In this document: positions 57,904 to 64,000 of the stretch, piece by piece
How positions within the stretch are numbered: the first letter of the stretch is position 1
How the letters are laid out: each line of letters starts with the position of its first letter
NCBI GenBank assembly: GCA_964595725.1
Contig: CAZQRQ010000011.1
Coordinates: forward strand, 7,065 to 71,064
Direction: 5' to 3'
From: an uncultured Rikenellaceae bacterium
GTDB lineage: Bacteria > Bacteroidota > Bacteroidia > Bacteroidales > VadinHA17
DNA: 64,000 nt
Made by a program: the position numbers and the translations under genes
The notes under the pieces: generated by a model
What the model was told of the DNA's origin: nothing
The model's database searches: none
What the model saw: only the letters and a program-made list of their open reading frames with translations

Positions 57904-59846
57904 TGATTATTCTTCAGTATCATTTCCAGTTCATGGGTATATTCTGTCCATGTATTCATTTTCTCATTAAGATCCTTTTTGAGCTCTTTGTATATCCGGT
58001 ACATTTCCACGTAAGATTCCTCTTCATTTAAAGGCTCAATAAATTTTTTGTCCATCTCCTCTATTTCCCTTTCTTTTTTCTCAATATCGCCCTCTAAATC
58101 CTTAATCCTTTTTCTGAGCTTCCTTAATGTACGTTCAAATTCCTTCTTCTCCTCATAGCGTTTTTTGTTCTCCGACTGATTACGATCTCCTGACTCATCG
58201 TTATAAGATTTCCGCTTCAGTTCCAGGTCTCTCAATGATTCAATCTTCTTTTTCCTGAGGAAATCATATATTCCTCCTATATGCTGTTTAATTTTCCTGT
58301 GCCTGAATTCATATACTTTATCAACCAGGTTATTTAGAAAATCCCTGTCGTGTGACACCACAATTAATGTGCCATCGTATCTTTTCAAAGCTTCTTTTAA
58401 TATGTCTTTAGAACGAATATCCAGATGATTGGTCGGTTCATCGAGCACAAGGAGGTTGTAAGGTTCGAGCAAAAGTTTGATTATAGCCAGCCTGGAACGT
58501 TCGCCTCCTGAAAGTACGCTTACTTTTTTGTCTATGTCATCTCCCCTGAAGAGGAATGCTCCCAGCAAGTCTCTTAATTTGGTTCTTATATCACCCCTTG
58601 CTATCTCATCAATAGTTTCGAAGACTGTAAGATTCTCGTTAAGAAGCTCGTCCTGGTTCTGTGCAAAATAACCTGTTTTAACATTATGACCTCTTTTAAG
58701 AAAACCGGTTGAATCAAGTTCATTAATTATTATTCTTGAAAGTGTTGTTTTGCCTTCTCCATTTCTGCCAACAAAGGCTATTTTTTCTCCCCGTTCGATT
58801 GTCAGCCTGATATTGTCCAGCACTAAATGGGTTCCGAACGATTTAGAAAGATTCTCTGTTTCAATTACCACGCTTCCTGACCGGGGGGCCGCTGCAAACC
58901 TGACATTAATGGATGAATTATCCTCGTTATCCACTTCAAGCCTTTCAAGTTTGTCGAGTTGCTTGATTTTCGACTGTACCTGTACAGCTTTTGTTGCCTT
59001 GTACCTGAATCTCTCGATAAATTTCTCAGTATCATCTATCATCTTCTGCTGGTTCCGGAATGCTGCTATCTGTTGCTCTCTTCGTTCCTGTCTCAGCCTT
59101 ACAAATTCAGACCATGATACCCTGTAATCATATATCTTGCCCAGGGAAATCTCTATAGTCCTTCGTGTTGTATTATCAAGAAAAGCCCTGTCGTGAGATA
59201 CTACTATAGCTGCACCCTGATATGTTTCCAGGAAGGATTCCAGCCATTGGATAGATTCTATGTCAAGATGGTTTGTAGGTTCATCCAGGAGAAGCATGTC
59301 AGGTTTACTGAGCAGTAGCTTTGCAATTTCGACACGCATTCTCCAGCCTCCGCTCAATTCACGGGTAGACCTGTCAAACTCTTCCCTTTCAAAACCCAGC
59401 CCGGTGAGTACCTGCTCGGTGTCTCCAAGATAATTACTACCGCCCATCATCCTGAACCTTTCCTCAATTACAGCCAGATGATCGCACAGGTTGAGGTATG
59501 TATCAGACTCATAATCATTTCTTTCTGCTATTTCATTACTACATTTCTCAATCTCCTCGGAAAGGGACAGAAGCCATGAGAAAGCCATGAGTGTCTCATT
59601 GAGAACAGTGGTTGTATCATCTACCTTCATTTGCTGGGGAAGATAACCGATACGAAAATCCCTGGGCCTCTCAATCCTGCCTGAAGTGGGATTTTGCTGC
59701 CCGGCAATTAATTTAAGCAAAGTTGATTTTCCTGCTCCGTTTTTTCCTGCAAGGCCTATACGATCCTGATTATTTACCAGGAAAGAAATTTCCGAAAGAA
59801 GGTCAAAGTTTCCGAATGATACTGAAATATTCTGTATAGAAACCAT
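57900..59846 (-). CDS. ABC-F family ATPase (YheS/Uup-like, C-terminal coiled coil)
   Basis: Two NBDs (GKNGAGKST, LSGGWRMR, DEPTNHLD; GRNGEGKT, LSGGERSR), linker and coiled-coil tail, no TM. Confidence 0.95.
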   Translation of the reverse strand: MVSIQNISVSFGNFDLLSEISFLVNNQDRIGLAGKNGAGKSTLLKLIAGQQNPTSGRIERPRDFRIGYLPQQMKVDDTTTVLNETLMAFSWLLSLSEEIEKCSNEIAERNDYESDTYLNLCDHLAVIEERFRMMGGSNYLGDTEQVLTGLGFEREEFDRSTRELSGGWRMRVEIAKLLLSKPDMLLLDEPTNHLDIESIQWLESFLETYQGAAIVVSHDRAFLDNTTRRTIEISLGKIYDYRVSWSEFVRLRQERREQQIAAFRNQQKMIDDTEKFIERFRYKATKAVQVQSKIKQLDKLERLEVDNEDNSSINVRFAAAPRSGSVVIETENLSKSFGTHLVLDNIRLTIERGEKIAFVGRNGEGKTTLSRIIINELDSTGFLKRGHNVKTGYFAQNQDELLNENLTVFETIDEIARGDIRTKLRDLLGAFLFRGDDIDKKVSVLSGGERSRLAIIKLLLEPYNLLVLDEPTNHLDIRSKDILKEALKRYDGTLIVVSHDRDFLNNLVDKVYEFRHRKIKQHIGGIYDFLRKKKIESLRDLELKRKSYNDESGDRNQSENKKRYEEKKEFERTLRKLRKRIKDLEGDIEKKEREIEEMDKKFIEPLNEEESYVEMYRIYKELKKDLNEKMNTWTEYTHELEMILKNNQ

Positions 59847-59951
59847 TGCAGGAAAATATTGATGGCAAAGATAGGAAAAGTATCATAGTGACAGAAGTGC
59901 ATTTCATTGCTCATAAAGGGTATATTTGTGAAGGAAAAACTGCAGGTACGA

Positions 59952-61358
59952 TTGAGAAGAAGAAAAGAATTTCCACTATTGGAGAATGTCATGATTACGG
60001 ACATTGCCGCTGAAGGAAATGCCGTTGGAAAGGTGGACAATATGGTTGTATTTGTCCCTTTGGCAGCACCCGGTGACGTCATTGATGTCAGGGTAACCCG
60101 TAAGAAGAAGAATTACCTGGAAGGGAAGCTGGTGAGGTTCCATTCCTTTTCAGATGATCGTGTTGTACCCGTATGTGATCATTATGGCATTTGTGGGGGA
60201 TGTAAATTGCAGCATCTGTCATATGAGAAGCAGCTGTATTTTAAGGAAAAGATTGTGAGGGATAATCTTACCAGGATTGGAAAGGTTGATATTCCGGAAA
60301 TATCACCCATAATTGGGTCTGAGGATCAGTATCTCTACAGGAACAAGCTCGAATACACATTCTCTTCAAAAAGATGGCTGACAGAAGATGAAATCAAAGA
60401 AACCGGTGAAATCAGGCAGTTCAATGCACTTGGATTTCATATCACGGGCTATTTTGATAAAGTGCTGGATATCAGACAATGTCATCTACAGCCTGAGCCT
60501 ACAAATGTTATCAGGAATGCAGTAAGGGAATATGCGGAAAAGAAGAAACTTGAATATTTTAACTACAGGGACTATTCAGGCTTCCTGAGAAACCTGATAG
60601 TACGTACAGGGTCGGAAGGCCAGGTCATGATTGTGGTTGTATTCCACCATCATTATCAAAATGAGATTCCGGAATTGCTGAATTTTATTAAATCTGTGTT
60701 TCCGGATATTACTTCGCTCATGTATGTTGTTAATCCAAAACGCAATGATTCGATAACAGACCTGGATGTAATTCCATATTATGGAGAGGATCATCTTATT
60801 GAGAATGTAGATGGCCTGAAATTCAGGATCGGGCCAAAGTCATTTTTTCAGGCCAATCTTAAGCAATCAGTATTAATGTACAGGATTGTAAGAGAGTATG
60901 CTTCGCTGAAGGGAGGAGAGATTGTTTACGACCTGTACACGGGCACAGGTACTATTGCCAATTATATAGCTCCGTTTGCGAGAAAAGTAGTTGGTATGGA
61001 ATATGTTGACGAAGCGGTTAAGGATGCCGAAGCGAACTCCGGTCTGAACAATATTTCAAACACTTCATTCTATTCGGGTGATCTGAAAGATATGCTGACA
61101 CCTTCTTTTATTGATATGGCCGGGAGACCGGATGTTGTCATTACCGATCCACCCCGTTCGGGAATGCATCCCGGGGTGATCAAAGCTATAATCAGCTTAA
61201 AGCCAGGACGAATAGTGTATGTTAGTTGTAATCCAGCCACTCAGGCGAGAGACCTGAATATGTTGTCTGAACATTACAGGGTTATCAAAGTACAACCTGT
61301 TGACATGTTCCCTCAGACACCGCATGTTGAAAATATCATTTTGCTCGATTCAATATAA
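59952..61358 (+). CDS. rlmD: 23S rRNA (uracil1939-C5)-methyltransferase
   Basis: TRAM domain, C.H..ICGGC, YRNKLEY, SFFQ.N, DLYTGTG, DPPRSG, YVSCNPATQARD, DMFPQTPHVE. A -7 box at 59921-59928 favours TTG 59952 over the track's 59907. Confidence 0.94.
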   Translation: MRRRKEFPLLENVMITDIAAEGNAVGKVDNMVVFVPLAAPGDVIDVRVTRKKKNYLEGKLVRFHSFSDDRVVPVCDHYGICGGCKLQHLSYEKQLYFKEKIVRDNLTRIGKVDIPEISPIIGSEDQYLYRNKLEYTFSSKRWLTEDEIKETGEIRQFNALGFHITGYFDKVLDIRQCHLQPEPTNVIRNAVREYAEKKKLEYFNYRDYSGFLRNLIVRTGSEGQVMIVVVFHHHYQNEIPELLNFIKSVFPDITSLMYVVNPKRNDSITDLDVIPYYGEDHLIENVDGLKFRIGPKSFFQANLKQSVLMYRIVREYASLKGGEIVYDLYTGTGTIANYIAPFARKVVGMEYVDEAVKDAEANSGLNNISNTSFYSGDLKDMLTPSFIDMAGRPDVVITDPPRSGMHPGVIKAIISLKPGRIVYVSCNPATQARDLNMLSEHYRVIKVQPVDMFPQTPHVENIILLDSI

Positions 61359-61463
61359 CCGAAAAGGCTTATTTTCAGTACAGTGAGATGTTTTCAGGCA
61401 TGTAAAACATTTTCAATTAAATTATTTTAATGTATATTTAGCATTTTTAGGGAAATCCACAAT

Positions 61464-62279
61464 ATGCCTGTTCAATCTGCTGATATTACTGATACGCTTT
61501 CGGAGGTAGGATTTCAAGCCATGGACGAACATTTTGCCAGCTTACGGTATGCCGGAATGATTCAACATGCTCTTATGCCTGATCCTGAACTGCTTGGAGG
61601 ATTGCTCAGAGATTATTTTGTACTGTTTCTCCCACGGGATATTGTTAGTGGCGATTTTTACTATGCATTTACCAATAAGGATTATATATGCATTGCTGCA
61701 GGCGACTGTACCGGACACGGGGTGCCAGGTGCATTGATGAGCATTCTGGGAATAAGCTTCCTTAATGAAATACTACAGTCGAATGTATTAATGAAAGCCA
61801 ACAGGATTCTTAACCTGATGAGGGAAAAGGTAATGAAAGCCCTTCATCAGACTGGTGAAAAATCTGAAGCAAAGGATAGTATTGACATTGGACTGTGCCT
61901 TATCGATTGTCACACCGGGAAGCTTCAGTTCTCCGGTGCAAACAGGCCACTGGTACTGGTGAGGAAGGGAGAATTAATAGAATATAAACCAGATTTGATG
62001 ACAATAGGTGTTGCCCCTCTGAAGGAGGTTGCATTTCGCAATGTTGACATCGCTACTCTTCCGGGAGATATATTTTACCTTTTTTCAGATGGATATTCCG
62101 ACCAGTTCAGCGAAGCAACTAATAAAAAGATGAAGAATAAGAATTTCAAGATCCTTTTAAAATCCGTTTCAGATCTCCCTATGTCTGAACAAAAGCTCAG
62201 GCTGGAAGAATCATTCAATAGTTGGAAGGGATCGGTACCACAGGTCGATGATGTCCTTATATTTGGCTTTCAGTTTTAA
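61464..62279 (+). CDS. Stand-alone PP2C/SpoIIE-type Ser/Thr phosphatase
   Basis: IQ.ALMP, VSGDFY, GDCTGHGVPGALMS, FSDGY.DQF, Q.DD motifs; no sensor domain. Confidence 0.9.
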   Translation: MPVQSADITDTLSEVGFQAMDEHFASLRYAGMIQHALMPDPELLGGLLRDYFVLFLPRDIVSGDFYYAFTNKDYICIAAGDCTGHGVPGALMSILGISFLNEILQSNVLMKANRILNLMREKVMKALHQTGEKSEAKDSIDIGLCLIDCHTGKLQFSGANRPLVLVRKGELIEYKPDLMTIGVAPLKEVAFRNVDIATLPGDIFYLFSDGYSDQFSEATNKKMKNKNFKILLKSVSDLPMSEQKLRLEESFNSWKGSVPQVDDVLIFGFQF

Positions 62280-62289
62280 AGGTTTTATT

Positions 62290-64000
62290 ATGATTAAACT
62301 TGTTTCATTCAGGATAAGGAATTTCAGGTCGATTGTAGACACGGAATGGCAGAATATATCTCCTGATAATATCACCTGCCTGATAGGACAGAATGAATCT
62401 GGTAAAACCTCTGTACTTGAGGGATTACGTGCTTTTCATACAGGATCCATCTCAGAAGATGTTCTACGCAGTGACCTTTCCATGCCTGAAATTGCTTGCA
62501 GGTTCTCGATAGAAAAGGGTTGGCTTTTAAATGTGATAGATGACCCTGGTACGGAATTAAAAGAACTTATGGCGGGACTTGATCAACTCGAGCTAACACG
62601 AAGCTGGCTCGCTGATTTTTCATCAGTGGTCAGGGTCAGCGGAGTGGTGAGCGATTATCTCGATTCACTGGAAAATGCCTGGCGGCTATACCTCGAAGAA
62701 GTCAGATTAAAACTGGAGAAAGAAATCACGAAAATTGGGGAAGTAGAAAAGAAACTGACAGAGATCTCGCTCGAAAAATCGACCATTCAGCAAACAGTGG
62801 AGCAGGAAAACCGGGAGGTTAAAGGTTTTCGCTTCCTCTGGAAGAAAGGATCATCCTCGGCTGGGAAAGAAAAATCATCGGACAAAAATAGCGGCAGGCA
62901 ACTGGCAGATATGATTAGCCAGGAAGAAGAACTGAAGAAGGAACTCCTCAGTAAAAGGAGCACGAAGAAAGCCGGAGAGAGTTACAAGATGCTAAACAAG
63001 AACCTGGGACAACTGGACTATGATCTTGCTGAGATTTCCCTTAAGCTTGAGGAGAGACATCAGAGGATGACACTTCTTATGACTCCGATGGAGGATTTTG
63101 ACGAGACAGAATGGAGACGGGTTCTTGATGATTACCGGAAAATCAAAGGTGAACGCGATGCCCTGGCGGCAGAATTCGACAACCACCTGGTTTATTCTGC
63201 ATATTTAATGGAAGGATTTTCTGAAGCTGACGCTCTGCAAAAGATCGGTGAAACTACGCAGAATTATAAATCTCAATATACCAGCGAGATACTAGGAGGC
63301 AAATATTTTGAGTACTGCCCTGTTATTGAGCTCTTTGAAGATTTTGGCAGCCTTTTACCCAACAGGATAGATATGGAAGATATCATCACCGGGAATGAGG
63401 AGGTGGAGGGTTATAAGGCTGCCCGTAATTTCCTGACTATTGCAAAACTGGACTACTCATTCTTTCAGCAGCCTTCAAGCAGGATACTGAAACAGAAGAT
63501 TGAGAACCTTAACCATACGCTGACATTAAATTTCCAGGATTTCTGGCAACAGTCAATTGGCAGCAACAATAAGATAAGGATACAGTTTGAACTTGAACAC
63601 TACAACTCGTCGTATGGAGAGAAAGCAGGTAAGCCATACCTGGAATTCTGGATCAAGGATGAAGGAGAGCGCTTGTACCCGAAGCAAAGAAGCAGGGGGG
63701 TAAGGTGGTTCCTTTCATTTTATCTTGAACTTAAAGCAGCAGCGAGCCGAAATAAGAAGCCAATGGTTCTTCTTGTTGATGAACCGGGAGTAAGTCTTCA
63801 TGCCAGGGCACAGGAGGATGTTCTTAAGGTCTTTGAAGATATTAAAGAGAGAATACAGGTTATTTACACAACACACTCTCCGCACCTGGTTGATATAAAT
63901 AAGCTGCACAGAGTCCTGGCAGTTCAGAGGGACGATATAGAAAGCATGAAGAGCAATACCAGGATAATTGATCCGCTGAGGCTCTCATCGGCAACTCCCG
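62290..64000 (+). CDS. ABC/SMC-type ATPase of OLD/AAA_15-like class with long coiled-coil insert (3' truncated by the window, absent from the ORF track)
   Basis: Hand-translated, open for 570 codons: I.NFRSI, Walker A GQNESGKT, signature QRSRG, Walker B LLVDEP, H-loop TTHSP. Confidence 0.88.
   Translation, partial: MIKLVSFRIRNFRSIVDTEWQNISPDNITCLIGQNESGKTSVLEGLRAFHTGSISEDVLRSDLSMPEIACRFSIEKGWLLNVIDDPGTELKELMAGLDQLELTRSWLADFSSVVRVSGVVSDYLDSLENAWRLYLEEVRLKLEKEITKIGEVEKKLTEISLEKSTIQQTVEQENREVKGFRFLWKKGSSSAGKEKSSDKNSGRQLADMISQEEELKKELLSKRSTKKAGESYKMLNKNLGQLDYDLAEISLKLEERHQRMTLLMTPMEDFDETEWRRVLDDYRKIKGERDALAAEFDNHLVYSAYLMEGFSEADALQKIGETTQNYKSQYTSEILGGKYFEYCPVIELFEDFGSLLPNRIDMEDIITGNEEVEGYKAARNFLTIAKLDYSFFQQPSSRILKQKIENLNHTLTLNFQDFWQQSIGSNNKIRIQFELEHYNSSYGEKAGKPYLEFWIKDEGERLYPKQRSRGVRWFLSFYLELKAAASRNKKPMVLLVDEPGVSLHARAQEDVLKVFEDIKERIQVIYTTHSPHLVDINKLHRVLAVQRDDIESMKSNTRIIDPLRLSSATP

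Noticed and set aside
61388-61410. Palindrome ATGTTTT-N9-AAAACAT upstream of the PP2C gene
   Set aside because: Low-complexity arms in AT-rich DNA and no second copy seen; could be a weak terminator or chance
1-64000. CRISPR arrays, IS elements, integrases, prophage, rRNA/tRNA, stop-codon recoding
   Set aside because: No spaced repeats, terminal inverted repeats or mobile-element motifs seen; intergenic gaps are short; recognised genes are full length with no interrupted frames

Overview
Gene-dense, mostly housekeeping chromosomal segment of a Bacteroidota bacterium, probably an anaerobic Bacteroidales. The assignment rests on the murF-alr fusion, gldB, DUF1573-meaB, DUF5686, PorT-like barrels and many TAnnTTTG -7 promoter boxes. 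It holds about 56 CDS. Two were missed by the ORF track: a 55-aa 2[4Fe-4S] ferredoxin (16623-16790, minus) and an ABC/SMC-type OLD-like ATPase that runs off the right edge (62290 to >64000). I found no rRNA, tRNA, CRISPR array, transposase, integrase or phage gene. The most interesting items are: (1) a stand-alone orphan with ADP-ribosyltransferase-fold motifs (31621-32097); (2) a POTRA-less Omp85 barrel fused to a degenerate metallopeptidase-like domain and a beta-propeller; (3) an ECF anti-sigma candidate ending in an outer-membrane beta-barrel; (4) a second ECF module with back-to-back GTAACC-N16-(C/A)GTC(A/T)AA promoters; (5) an active plus apparently inactive tandem M14 peptidase pair; (6) a two-component locus with three 11-bp-phased ATTAAC repeats; (7) a stand-alone PP2C phosphatase coupled to the coiled-coil ATPase. 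All family assignments come from motif recognition by eye; no database search was run, and I cannot confirm that any system here is novel.
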